Notes under the pieces: model-generated
The model's database searches: none
The model's input: the letters and a program-made list of their open reading frames with translations, nothing else
Told to the model about the DNA's origin: nothing
Part shown: positions 8,773-19,939 of the stretch, piece by piece
Layout of the letters: the number at the start of each line of letters is the position of its first letter
Position numbering within the stretch: the stretch's first letter is position 1
Source of the DNA: Hyphomicrobiales bacterium
GTDB lineage: Bacteria; Desulfobacterota; Desulfobacteria; Desulfobacterales; SpSt-501
Direction: 5' to 3'
NCBI GenBank assembly: GCA_050257775.1
Contig: JBLMXM010000002.1
Location: 1-42,629 of the forward strand
Length of the DNA: 42,629 nucleotides
Made by a program: the position numbers and the translations under genes

Positions 8773-9804
8773 ATGAGTTGGGACTGGGAAAAACTCAAGC
8801 AACAGCAAAGCGGTCGCGGTGGCATTCCCCCTCAGATGGACGAGGTGGTCAAACAGTTCAAGAAATTCAGACTCCCCGGCGGACCGGCCGCCTTTGGGGT
8901 CCTGGTCATTGCCTTTCTGGCGTACAGCTCTTTTTACACGGTAAACCAGGACGAGGTCGGCATTGTCCAGCGCTTCGGACGCTATATTGAAACCACCCAG
9001 CCGGGGCTGAACTTCAAGCTGCCGCTCGGCATCGACGCCGTCACCAAGGTCAACGTCAAACGGGTTCAGACCGAGGAATTCGGGGGAACCCCCGCCGACA
9101 CCGAATTTCGGCCGCGAGGCAAACCGGGCATCGACCCGTCCAACGTCGCCCTCATGCTCACGGGAGACTTGAACGTAGCGGTGGTCCCCTGGATCGTACA
9201 GTACCGCATTAAAGATCCGTACAACTTTCTATTCAAGGTAGCCAACGTACGCCAGTTTCTCAAGGATATGTCTGAGGCGGTCATGCGCCTGGTGGTCGGG
9301 GATCGAAGCATCAACGAGGTCATCAGCAAACGCGATGAAATCGCCCTCGAGGCCATGGGGATGCTTCAAAAAGAGCTCGACCTGGCGGAAACCGGCATTC
9401 AGATCGTCACCGTCGAAATGAAGAAAACCAACGTGCCGGCTCCGGTCCAGCCCTCTTTCAACGAGGTGAACCAGGCCACCCAGGAAAAGGAGCAGATGAT
9501 CTACCAGGCGAACGAAGAATACAACAAGGCCATTCCGGCAGCGCGAGGGGAGGCGGAGCGGACCATCAAGACGGCGGAAGGTTATGCCTTGAACCGCGTA
9601 AACCGCGCCAAGGGTGATGCGACGCGCTTTCGGGATGTCTACGAGGAGTACCGCAAGGCCAAGGACATCACCAAGACCCGGCTGTATCTTGAAGGCATGC
9701 GCAGCCTGATGCCGAAGCTTGGCCCGGTATACATCGTGGACTCGGATCAGAAAAACACGCTGCCGCTTCTCAATCTAACAAGGCCGGGTGGTAAGGAGAA
9801 ATGA
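8773..9804 (+). CDS. hflK: FtsH modulator HflK
   Basis: Single TM then SPFH domain (QRFGR, PGLNFKLP, MLTGDLN); paired with hflC. Confidence 0.96.
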   Translation: MSWDWEKLKQQQSGRGGIPPQMDEVVKQFKKFRLPGGPAAFGVLVIAFLAYSSFYTVNQDEVGIVQRFGRYIETTQPGLNFKLPLGIDAVTKVNVKRVQTEEFGGTPADTEFRPRGKPGIDPSNVALMLTGDLNVAVVPWIVQYRIKDPYNFLFKVANVRQFLKDMSEAVMRLVVGDRSINEVISKRDEIALEAMGMLQKELDLAETGIQIVTVEMKKTNVPAPVQPSFNEVNQATQEKEQMIYQANEEYNKAIPAARGEAERTIKTAEGYALNRVNRAKGDATRFRDVYEEYRKAKDITKTRLYLEGMRSLMPKLGPVYIVDSDQKNTLPLLNLTRPGGKEK

Positions 9805-10751
9805 AAACCAAGAGTGTATGGATCATTTTGCTGGTCGCTGCGGTAGCCGTCGTCTACGAATCGGCTTTCACCGTCGGCGAGACTGAACAGGTGGTGATCA
9901 CCCAGTTCGGCAAGATCGTGCGGGATCCCATCCAAGACCCCGGCCTGCATTTTAAGATCCCCTTCATTGAAAAGGCCAACTTTTTCCCCAAGAACATTCA
10001 GGAATGGGACGGGGATCCCGGCCAGATCCCGACCTTGGACAAGACCTTCATCTGGGTAGATGCCTTCGCCCGTTGGAAAATCGTCGATCCGGTCAAATTT
10101 TTTCAGACCCTCAACAATCGGTTCAATGCCGTCAGCCGGTTGAACGACATCATTGACCCCGCCGTGCGCAACTTCATCACCTCGCACAAGCTCATCGACG
10201 CAGTGCGCAAATCCAACCGGGAGTTGGACACGACGGAGATCGGCCTGGAAGACCTGGAAAAAAAGCCGCAGAGCTTTTACGTCATCACCATCGGACGCGA
10301 GAAAATCACCCACGGCATTCTCGAGCAGGCGCAGCCCAAACTCGCCCAGTTCGGGATCGAGCTGGTGGACGTCAAAATCAAGAGCATCAACTATGTGGAG
10401 GAAGTTCGCAAATCGGTCTACGACCGCATGATCGCCGAACGCAAGCAGATTGCTGAAAAATTCCGCTCCGAGGGCAAAGGCGAGGCGCAGAAAGTGCTGG
10501 GACAGAAAGAGAGGGATCTGCAGCAGATCACCTCCGAAGCGTATCGCGTCGCCCAGGAGATCAAGGGCCGGGCCGACGCCGAAGCCGCCAAGATTTACGC
10601 CGACGCGTACGGGGTCGATCCGGACTTTTATGCCTTCACCCAGACGCTTGAAATCTACAACGAATCTCTCAGCAAAGACGCCTCGCTGCTGCTGTCGACC
10701 GATTCGGAGTTTCTCAAGTACTTCAAAGGCGTTCCCGCCAAATCGAAATAG
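9801..10751 (+). CDS. hflC: FtsH modulator HflC
   Basis: TQFGK, PGLHFKIPF, RMIAER, DPDFYAF; ATGA overlap with hflK. Confidence 0.96.
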   Translation: MKTKSVWIILLVAAVAVVYESAFTVGETEQVVITQFGKIVRDPIQDPGLHFKIPFIEKANFFPKNIQEWDGDPGQIPTLDKTFIWVDAFARWKIVDPVKFFQTLNNRFNAVSRLNDIIDPAVRNFITSHKLIDAVRKSNRELDTTEIGLEDLEKKPQSFYVITIGREKITHGILEQAQPKLAQFGIELVDVKIKSINYVEEVRKSVYDRMIAERKQIAEKFRSEGKGEAQKVLGQKERDLQQITSEAYRVAQEIKGRADAEAAKIYADAYGVDPDFYAFTQTLEIYNESLSKDASLLLSTDSEFLKYFKGVPAKSK

Positions 10752-10759
10752 CTTAGGTC

Positions 10760-10802
10760 AAAAAACTCAGCGCCGGCTTAGTGTTGCCCGCCGGCGCTGA
10801 GT
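10760..10802 (-). terminator. Intrinsic terminator between convergent hflC and bS22 genes
   Basis: 13-bp stem actcagcgccggc/gccggcgctgagt with A-run at 10760-10765 (U-tract on minus strand). Confidence 0.7.
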
Positions 10803-10823
10803 GGAGTTAGTCTGGAAACGGCC

Positions 10824-10919
10824 CTATTTACTTCTTCGCTGGTGCCTCGTCTTGGCCAGCAATTTCTTATGCTTGTGTTTTCGCATTTTTTTTCTGCGTT
10901 TCTTGATGACGCTGCCCAA
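10824..10919 (-). CDS. 31-aa basic protein, AURKAIP1/COX24 (DUF1713) family, 30S ribosomal protein bS22 homologue; absent from ORF track
   Basis: TTG start after AAGGGGGGTGAG; translates [31 protein letters not shown]. Confidence 0.92.
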   Translation of the reverse strand: [31 protein letters not shown]

Positions 10920-11543
10920 TGACTCACCCCCCTTCACCCCATAAGCCGACGGCCGCCCGGGAAACGAGCGGCTTTGAGGCTCCGCCACACTCCGAAAAGA
11001 CAAAAACGAGTCAGGGTTTTAAGCGCAACCCCTGCGAAAGCGTGGCACGCATGCGCTCGCTGTGACCGGAAGTCAACAACCGCCTACACCGGGCGGCTTG
11101 GGTTTTCGGCCTTGGACCGGAAAACTATTCCGGCGCTCCGAAATTGAACCTACAGCCTCGTGCCCAGCGTCCGGTTGGCATGGCGGAAATCACCTCATTA
11201 GGTAAAGTTTTTTATTACCACGTATAACCATCGATTGTCCACAATTTTTTAAGCACCTGGAATCTGCTCTATAGCTGTGCTATAGTGCGGGTGTCCAAAC
11301 GGACGACCCTGCAGGCCGCCGTCATAGAATCTGGCTCCGCTCGAAGAATCTGGCTCCGTTCAAACGACGGCAGCAGTCTTTCGGTTGGAACTCGGAAATG
11401 GCAGCATGGACACCGTACCCTTAACGATAACGCCAGCATCGGCATGGGTGGCGGCCTATTCAGAAGTCGTTCAGTCGTCGGTCGAAACCTGACATCATAA
11501 CTAAAGACGAAAACCGTTTAAATCATTTCCCTTCGCCATCCGT

Positions 11544-12086
11544 ATGGATTTTAGACCCATCTTCAAGCCGGAGCAACTGTACACCATCACTCATGCCGTG
11601 GGCATGGCTGAAGAATTGGTGAGCAACCATTACAAAATGACCACCCGGGAGTGGCTGCGACCCACTTATGACGTCAAGACTCTGGCTGAACTGGAGCCGG
11701 GTGAAATTATCGACGGCCCCTTCGCTCAGATTATTCGTTACCGCGGGCAGCCGAAGGAAGCCTCGCTCAGCTCAACCAGTTATGATTTTTACAAGATTTG
11801 TCTGCAAGACCATGCCATATTGGCGGCGCTTCAAAAGAACATCGATCTCAGGCTGCTTCCGTTTTCGCTCTACATTCTCACCCACGAACTGATTCACATC
11901 GTGCGATTCAGCAGATTCCTCCAGGGATTCGACGCCTCGCCCGACGAGCGTCTGGCTGAGGAAAAACGAGTGCACGAAAAAACCCACGCGATCCTGCTGG
12001 GGGTGAGACTGCCCGGACTAGCGGCTGTGCTTCACTTTTATGAGGACTGGCGCGTCGTCTATGAACAAATTGATAACAATCCTTGA
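11544..12086 (+). CDS. Hypothetical protein with HExxH zinc-metalloprotease-like motif
   Basis: LTHELIH followed by EE about 20 residues later; no signal peptide. Confidence 0.75.
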   Translation: MDFRPIFKPEQLYTITHAVGMAEELVSNHYKMTTREWLRPTYDVKTLAELEPGEIIDGPFAQIIRYRGQPKEASLSSTSYDFYKICLQDHAILAALQKNIDLRLLPFSLYILTHELIHIVRFSRFLQGFDASPDERLAEEKRVHEKTHAILLGVRLPGLAAVLHFYEDWRVVYEQIDNNP

Positions 12087-12110
12087 CAAATACCCCTCCG
12101 TGCCTATATT
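12083..12110 (+). promoter_or_regulatory. Sigma70 promoter upstream of zinc-ribbon gene/groESL
   Basis: TTGACA-16 nt-TATATT. Confidence 0.65.
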
Positions 12111-12158
12111 AGCGATCGCTTGAAATTGAGAATAGTCAGGTTCGGGAGGCCCCGCATC

Positions 12159-12440
12159 ATGCCAATCTACGAGTACCAATGCTCTAAGTGCGGAAACGTC
12201 GAGGAGGCGATACAGAAATTTTCGGATAAGCCACTTTCGAAGTGTCGGCACTGCTCCGGAAAGCTTCACAAACTTATTTCCCAGAGCACATTTCATTTGA
12301 AAGGCTCGGGGTGGTACGTCACTGATTACGCCAACAAATCCAAGAAGTCGTCATCCAAGCCCGACAAGACAGAATCCGCCCCAACCGATTCAGGCCCATC
12401 AAAGGAAAATGCGAGCGGACCCAAAGAGTCTGCTTCATAA
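12159..12440 (+). CDS. FmdB-family zinc ribbon protein
   Basis: MPIYEYQCSKCG...CRHCSG...FHLKGSGWYVTDY; GGAGG RBS. Confidence 0.93.
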   Translation: MPIYEYQCSKCGNVEEAIQKFSDKPLSKCRHCSGKLHKLISQSTFHLKGSGWYVTDYANKSKKSSSKPDKTESAPTDSGPSKENASGPKESAS

Positions 12441-12702
12441 CCGGGCGCCCATTTCCTGGCCATCGATTCGCGTAAATTCTAAAGATCAAGCCGAACGGCT
12501 TTTTGCTACTGACTGCAACACCAATTTGCAGTTACCCATTCATGCAAAATGAACCCAGACCAGACGGAACGAAGGGAGGTGACGTCAGCAAGTGCTCCGC
12601 AAGATCAATTTAGGAAAATAACCTTCGGCATATGAGCATCCATTGGCAAGTACCCCATAATGCATCTACTACACCAAGGAGAGAACAAGGAGAACACGTG
12701 CG

Positions 12703-12990
12703 ATGAAACTAAAGCCTTTACAGGATCGTATCCTGGTTCAACGGATCGAGGAGGAAAAGACCACCAAGGGCGGCATCATTATTCCAGACACCGCCAAGGA
12801 GAAGCCGGCGGAGGGTAAGGTGGTCGCGGTCGGCAATGGCAAGATCAATGAAGATGGCAAACGGGTCGCTCTTGAAATCAAGAAAGGGGACCGTATTCTG
12901 TTCGGAAAATATTCCGGCACTGAGGTTAAGATCTCAGGCGAAGACTATCTCATTTTGCGCGAGGACGATGTACTCGGCATAATCGAATAA
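12703..12990 (+). CDS. groES: Co-chaperonin GroES
   Basis: [25 protein letters not shown]. Confidence 0.98.
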   Translation: MKLKPLQDRILVQRIEEEKTTKGGIIIPDTAKEKPAEGKVVAVGNGKINEDGKRVALEIKKGDRILFGKYSGTEVKISGEDYLILREDDVLGIIE

Positions 12991-12999
12991 GGAGGATGA

Positions 13000-14667
<1,668 letters not shown>

Positions 14668-14707
14668 CCTGCCCGTCGGCTGAAGAGCCAGCGCATCCGA
14701 AATCCTG

Positions 14708-14746
14708 AAAGCCCTGGTGACATGGTTTTGTCACCGGGGCTTTTTT
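14708..14746 (+). terminator. Intrinsic terminator of groESL
   Basis: gccctggtgaca/tgtcaccggggc stem followed by T6. Confidence 0.9.
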
Positions 14747-15020
14747 ATCGCCAACACGGGCTTGTCTTTCTGCCGGCATTATTGATGAATTTGTGATTGG
14801 GATAGTGATGGAACTATCCATAATCACACTGTTTTTTTGCGAAAGGCCGGGTTTTGAGAAAACGAGTACAGGATATCGCGCCTTAGGCATAAATATTGCT
14901 TTTATTGTTTAGAACGTTTTACTGCCGAAGGGGACGGTGCTTGGTATCGGTGGCGTCACCATGAAGACAGTCCCCTGTTCATCGCCAATCATCCATTCCA
15001 AAAAATGAGCGGAGTCTTCC

Positions 15021-16046
15021 ATGAAGCAAAAATCGATCGTTCAGCTTGGGTGCGGGGTTAGCTTAATCTGTGCAGTGATCCTGGCCTTTACCGGGCTTGG
15101 TCGGGCCTCCGACAGACAACTGACCGAGACCGAGAACGGCTATTACTACACAGTACAGAAAGGCGATACCTTGTGGGACCTTTCCCGGCGTTTTTCAACA
15201 ACCCCTTGGGTTTGGCCGGAACTGTGGCAGGAAAACAGCGAGATTATTGCCAATCCTCATCTGATCTATCCGGGCCAGAAACTCCGGCTTACCCGCCTGA
15301 AAGGCGTAAGGCCTCCAGAAAAAGCTGCTTCGGCTGAAACACCTCCGGAGGGCATATCATTCTACTATGCTTCGATGGACCAGGTCGGCTTCATCCGCAA
15401 GGTTCCGGTCGTTCCCGATGGTGTGATTTTCAAAAACAGAGAGACCGCCCGGGAGATGATCGCCCAGGACGACATCGTGTACATCAAGCCCGAAGGCCAA
15501 GCAGCGCTTGCCAAAGGGGCGCTCATGACCATTTTCCGGACCTTTGACCCGATTATCGACCAGAATACAAGAGAACTCATCGGCACCCAGCACCTGCTGT
15601 GCGGTTTGGTTGAAATTCTTCAGACGGAGCCGGAATACGCCGTCGGCAGGGTGGTCAGATCGTATCGTCCGATCCGCATCGGCGACAAGTTGATGCCTTA
15701 CCAAAAGCGCTCCCCTCGCATCGGCCTTGAGAAGAGCCAGGCAGGGATCGACGGCACCATTATTTTTTCCGAAGAGCACCAGGACATGTTCGCCGAATTC
15801 CAAACTGCCTTTATAGACCGTGGCGGGATGCATGGCATCAAGCCGGGCCAGATCTACAGCATCTATTATCGCGATGAACACAATTTCGGAACGGCGGCTA
15901 AATCCAAGAAGGTCTACACTGCCGTCGATTACGGTGAGTTGATCATCCTGCATGTAGAGGAAAACAATGCCACCGTCCTGATCACGGACTCGGACAAGGA
16001 GTTTTTCGCCGGGACCCGGGTGCGGACGCCTCTTAACATCCAGTAA
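15021..16046 (+). CDS. Secreted LysM peptidoglycan-binding protein (TsaP-like architecture)
   Basis: Signal peptide; YTVQKGDTLWDLS...WPELW..N..IANPHLIYPGQKL. Confidence 0.9.
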   Translation: MKQKSIVQLGCGVSLICAVILAFTGLGRASDRQLTETENGYYYTVQKGDTLWDLSRRFSTTPWVWPELWQENSEIIANPHLIYPGQKLRLTRLKGVRPPEKAASAETPPEGISFYYASMDQVGFIRKVPVVPDGVIFKNRETAREMIAQDDIVYIKPEGQAALAKGALMTIFRTFDPIIDQNTRELIGTQHLLCGLVEILQTEPEYAVGRVVRSYRPIRIGDKLMPYQKRSPRIGLEKSQAGIDGTIIFSEEHQDMFAEFQTAFIDRGGMHGIKPGQIYSIYYRDEHNFGTAAKSKKVYTAVDYGELIILHVEENNATVLITDSDKEFFAGTRVRTPLNIQ

Positions 16047-16054
16047 GTCCCTTC

Positions 16055-16094
16055 AAAAAAAACCGCGCCTCCATTCGGGGGTGCGGTTTTTTTT
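16055..16094. terminator. Bidirectional intrinsic terminator
   Basis: A8-ccgcgcctcc-attc-gggggtgcgg-T8 between convergent genes. Confidence 0.9.
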
Positions 16095-16226
16095 GTTCCA
16101 AGCGCTCCCGATCCAAGATCACAGGTACGGAATGCCGGCCGCAGGGAGCCGCGACATATTCTTCAGTACCTCCGGTGCTATTTCGATCAGCGGAATAAAA
16201 AGCCCGTTCCCTGCCCGGCAGACAAC

Positions 16227-16706
16227 TCACTGGATGTGGACGCCTGTCCGAGCCTTGCGAGAGTTCTTCTTGCTCAGTTCGACAGGCTTATATTTCGTCC
16301 TGGTCTCGACCGGCTTTTCAATCTCCTGCACGACGAAGGCTGCTATATAGCCGTCGGGATGGAGGACGCCTTCCACCCGCACGTATTGACCGGCGCGAAA
16401 CGAATCGCGGGATTCCGGCTTGCCTTCCCGGTTCAAATAGGACGTCCTGATCCTCTGATCTCCGCTTTCGACATCCACATCCCGGAGCTCCCGTTCCACT
16501 ACCACGATCGCCCCCGTGTCGGGCCTGACCTCCATTATTTTGCTCTGGACCGTGACGGGTTCACATTCATTGAAGTCAATCCTTCTCACCATGTTCTGGC
16601 TCGCTGGGGATCCCGGGTCAGCAGACTCCACCTCAGTCGCCAGCAAGCCGTGGGCAACCAGAAACGCAAGTGCGAAGATGCGCCACGATGCAGTCTTAGT
16701 GATCAT
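16227..16706 (-). CDS. Hypothetical secreted protein (159 aa, small beta-rich domain), last gene of the minor-pilin operon
   Basis: Start re-placed to MITKTASW after AAAGGAGAG; signal peptide; GQYVRVEG pattern reminiscent of OB-fold proteins. Confidence 0.7.
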   Translation of the reverse strand: MITKTASWRIFALAFLVAHGLLATEVESADPGSPASQNMVRRIDFNECEPVTVQSKIMEVRPDTGAIVVVERELRDVDVESGDQRIRTSYLNREGKPESRDSFRAGQYVRVEGVLHPDGYIAAFVVQEIEKPVETRTKYKPVELSKKNSRKARTGVHIQ

Positions 16707-16723
16707 GGAAACTCTCCTTTGCA

Positions 16724-19700
16724 TCAGAAGATCTGGTTCCAGTAGTATCGGTGCATGTCCTGAATGGCGATGGTCGGCAGGCTGACGATGCCGCCTTCGA
16801 CGCCGATGAACAGGCGCGCCCCGCCGCCCAGGATGGCGATGACCGGTGCAGACGGGATCGCGGTTCCGACGGCGAGCGATCGATCCAGTTTGCCGAGACT
16901 CACGGAGTTGCCGGAATGATCGGTCTCGGTCGTCGAGCTGAACTCGTGAGTAGAGGCGCCTGTCTTGTAATTGAGGGCATACAGCCTGGATACCCCCCGC
17001 ACGGTAGACGCCGCGCACGGGTCACCCTCAATCACGCCGGAGTTGTCAGACGGTGTGTAGGTCGTGAAGTAGACGACGCCCCCATACACGCGAGGGGCTG
17101 CAACCACTTTTTCCCCTGAGTTTTCGAAACAAATGTACCATCCCTTGCCCGCATCCAAGGCGGCTTTTACCTGAGCCTTTTCGTCGGCGGTGCCAAGCTG
17201 AATGAGATCGCTGGTGACATCCACAAGATCCGCCTCCGTGAGCGGGCTGGTCGCCGTCCAATCGTTCTTGACGGCATAGAACCGGTTGACCACCGATGTA
17301 TCATCCGGGTTTTCCCGGTCGCCGGTGCCGAAAAAGATGTATTCGCCGTGGGCGTCGGGTGGATATTTCTCGGCCACCGCATCCGGTGCATAGAGAATCT
17401 TGAGTTTCTTGCCGTTGGATAGGGGAGCCTGGAACAGCTTCATCCCCGACCACACGCCGTCCACCACGTTCCTAGTGACGGGCTGGCCGCACACCGTGTA
17501 GGTCTGGACCTGGTCGTCTTTCAGGGCGAACATGGCCCCGCCCAGATCGCCGAAATAGATCCGGCTGACGATGCCGTCGCCGTCATGGTCAAAACCGGCA
17601 ACATCCACGATGGAGTGGGTCAACCCCAGCGAAGGATGGGTGGCCGGGCTGAATTTGAGGTTGCTGAGGAGCGCACCCGAAGTCATGTTCAAGCCGAACA
17701 CCGCCCGGCCGACGCTGTCCGCTGAGGTCGGTGGATCGTTATCCTCATTGGTGTCATAGCCGCCGGCCAAGAGAAACACGTCGGCGGTGCTGACCGCAAT
17801 GTTCACGCCGCAGCCGCTCGTGGTCACGGTGGACCCGGTGGCCACGGTGACCTTGTCAGGCCGGGACCAGGACTGTCCCAGGTGTTCGTAATTGCTGGGC
17901 GATGGACCGAGGATACCGGGGCCAATGGTGTAAAGGTAGCGTGGGGCACTGTAGTTGGTGATGTCCAGAGCCGTATAGGACTCCCCTCCCCGGCGTGAGC
18001 CGACGACGAGGATCTTCTGACTGGTGCCGTAGAAGACTGTGGGCGAGCCGTCAACAAAGTAGTCGTGGTCGGCGTCACCGAGACGCCAGAGCCGGCCGAG
18101 CTGGTCCGGCGGGACGAAGCTCCACAGCTCCTGGCCGGTGTCATCGTCCACGGCGTGCAGCAGGCCGTCGTTGGCCCCCACGTAAATCACGGTCTTGGTG
18201 TCATAGGTGACCACCGCCGGCTCGGAATGGATGATGTCGCCGAACTCCCCGGTGCGAACGCTGGTGAAGAGGTTTTGGCGAGCCGTGTCGTTGGCCACAT
18301 TGAGCATGGCGTTGGTGATGGCCGTGTTGGTGGTCACGAAGAGGTTGGACGCATCGGTCAGCAGCGCCTGAGTCCCGGTGTACGTGTAGACATTGCGGGT
18401 CGCCCCCGACTCGACCTGCAGGCTCAGGGCCTCGGCCGCCCCGCCCTTTTCCACCGCCGGGCCGTCGCTGCCCAGGGAGGTCCACCAGGAAAGGGCGTTT
18501 TCCTTGATAAGGCCGTCGGGGGTCGTTGCTGGCATGCCCGCGGCGTCGATCAAGGTGCCGTCGTTCCGAAGTGCGTAGCGCTTGATGTTCCCGATCCACC
18601 GGCCGTTCTGCTGGGGCTTGAAGAAGCCCAGGTAAATCTTGTCTCCGGCATACACCCGGTTCATACGGCTGATGGGCACCACCGGCGCCACGTAGCAGGC
18701 GTTTTTCGCGACGATGCTGGACATGATTTGGTCGAAAGCCTCTTTCAGCTGGGAATAGTTGTCGGCTGTGAAGTACTCCCCTCCTCCCGCGGCGGCCGTC
18801 CGCTGAAGCAGCGACTGGCTGGTCTTGAAGCCGATCGTGAAGGTAGTGATGTTCTGCTTATCGAACGAGGTCCCGTCACCCATCGTCGGGTTGCAGTCCT
18901 TCTGGTAAAGGTAACGGGCGACGTCGTCCAGGTAGTCCGACCCGTTCGTGGGGTAGGCCTGGCAGCCATTGGTCGGGTTCCAGTACTCCCGGTGGTTGGT
19001 CGGATCGCAGGGGGTCTGGTCGCCGTCCTGGTCGCCGATGAAATCCCCGTTGATGTAGGCCGTGTCGTACAGCCGGTGGTCCCTATCCTCGGTAGGCTCG
19101 CCGTCGGTCATGATGATGACGTAGTTCTTCTGGCAGCGCTCCTGCATCGGGGAGACATAATGCCCTGAAGTGTAGCTCCCAGCCGGGAACCCGCCCGTAT
19201 TGAACCAGCTAGGCTTTCCGGCGAAATACAGCCCGATTTCAGCCAGAGTTTCAGCCAGGGGCGTATAGCCGTTCGGTGAAGCGTTGGCAACCGCATTGAG
19301 CAGCGTCGTCTTGTCGGTGCCGCAGGCCGCTGTGAGATGTCCGCCTTGGTAGTTGCTGTTAAACACAAACATCCCAAAGCGGACGTCCTCGGTGCTGGCG
19401 ATGAGGTCGGTCAAGACATCCTGCGCCACGCTGATCCGCTTCCTGGGCGTGCCCAACCCGGATGCATCGTAGTTCAAGTAGTTGCCGAGGCGCAGCCGAT
19501 ATTCGTTGGAGCCGCCGCAGGCAAATGGCGCAGATGAGCGAATGTTGCCTTGGGCGTAGCCGATCGTCAGCAAGCTGTCCTTGATGCTGCTACAGCCGAG
19601 GTTGTTTACGTTGTTGGTGAAGAGGCGCCATTCATACTGGTGGGTATGGTCGTTCCAGTAGCGGTAGTAGACGGCATTCGCCAAGTAGGTGCAGCCGGCA

Positions 19701-19900
19701 CAGGTGTAAGATATAGCCGGCTCGTATGGGTCGCCTGGTACATCTTCTGTATCCATGCTTAGAGAAGTGTCGAAGAGGATCATGACGTTCGGCTGGAGCG
19801 AGGGGTTGGCGACCGTTCCGTAGATCTCGGTGTCGTCCGCCCGCAGATGAACGGCGCCGCCGAGAATCATCACTAGGGTGAAAGCCAGGTATCGTTTCAT
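16724..19900 (-). CDS. pilY1: Type IV pilus tip adhesin PilY1
   Basis: Signal peptide; vWA-like DTSLSM...TPLAE...MTDG; beta-propeller GDIIHSEP, VGANDGLLHA, GQSWS, FGDLGG, FFGTGDRE, YFTTY. Confidence 0.93.
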   Translation of the reverse strand: MKRYLAFTLVMILGGAVHLRADDTEIYGTVANPSLQPNVMILFDTSLSMDTEDVPGDPYEPAISYTCAGCTYLANAVYYRYWNDHTHQYEWRLFTNNVNNLGCSSIKDSLLTIGYAQGNIRSSAPFACGGSNEYRLRLGNYLNYDASGLGTPRKRISVAQDVLTDLIASTEDVRFGMFVFNSNYQGGHLTAACGTDKTTLLNAVANASPNGYTPLAETLAEIGLYFAGKPSWFNTGGFPAGSYTSGHYVSPMQERCQKNYVIIMTDGEPTEDRDHRLYDTAYINGDFIGDQDGDQTPCDPTNHREYWNPTNGCQAYPTNGSDYLDDVARYLYQKDCNPTMGDGTSFDKQNITTFTIGFKTSQSLLQRTAAAGGGEYFTADNYSQLKEAFDQIMSSIVAKNACYVAPVVPISRMNRVYAGDKIYLGFFKPQQNGRWIGNIKRYALRNDGTLIDAAGMPATTPDGLIKENALSWWTSLGSDGPAVEKGGAAEALSLQVESGATRNVYTYTGTQALLTDASNLFVTTNTAITNAMLNVANDTARQNLFTSVRTGEFGDIIHSEPAVVTYDTKTVIYVGANDGLLHAVDDDTGQELWSFVPPDQLGRLWRLGDADHDYFVDGSPTVFYGTSQKILVVGSRRGGESYTALDITNYSAPRYLYTIGPGILGPSPSNYEHLGQSWSRPDKVTVATGSTVTTSGCGVNIAVSTADVFLLAGGYDTNEDNDPPTSADSVGRAVFGLNMTSGALLSNLKFSPATHPSLGLTHSIVDVAGFDHDGDGIVSRIYFGDLGGAMFALKDDQVQTYTVCGQPVTRNVVDGVWSGMKLFQAPLSNGKKLKILYAPDAVAEKYPPDAHGEYIFFGTGDRENPDDTSVVNRFYAVKNDWTATSPLTEADLVDVTSDLIQLGTADEKAQVKAALDAGKGWYICFENSGEKVVAAPRVYGGVVYFTTYTPSDNSGVIEGDPCAASTVRGVSRLYALNYKTGASTHEFSSTTETDHSGNSVSLGKLDRSLAVGTAIPSAPVIAILGGGARLFIGVEGGIVSLPTIAIQDMHRYYWNQIF

Positions 19901-19939
19901 GCCGAAGCCTCCTTTTCGCAAACGGCAAACCATGAAAGT

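Noticed and set aside
11235-11243. DnaA-box-like TTGTCCACA
   Set aside because: Single box, with no cluster or dnaA/gidA context to support oriC
12441-12702. CIRCE operator before groES
   Set aside because: TTAGCACTC-N9-GAGTGCTAA not present
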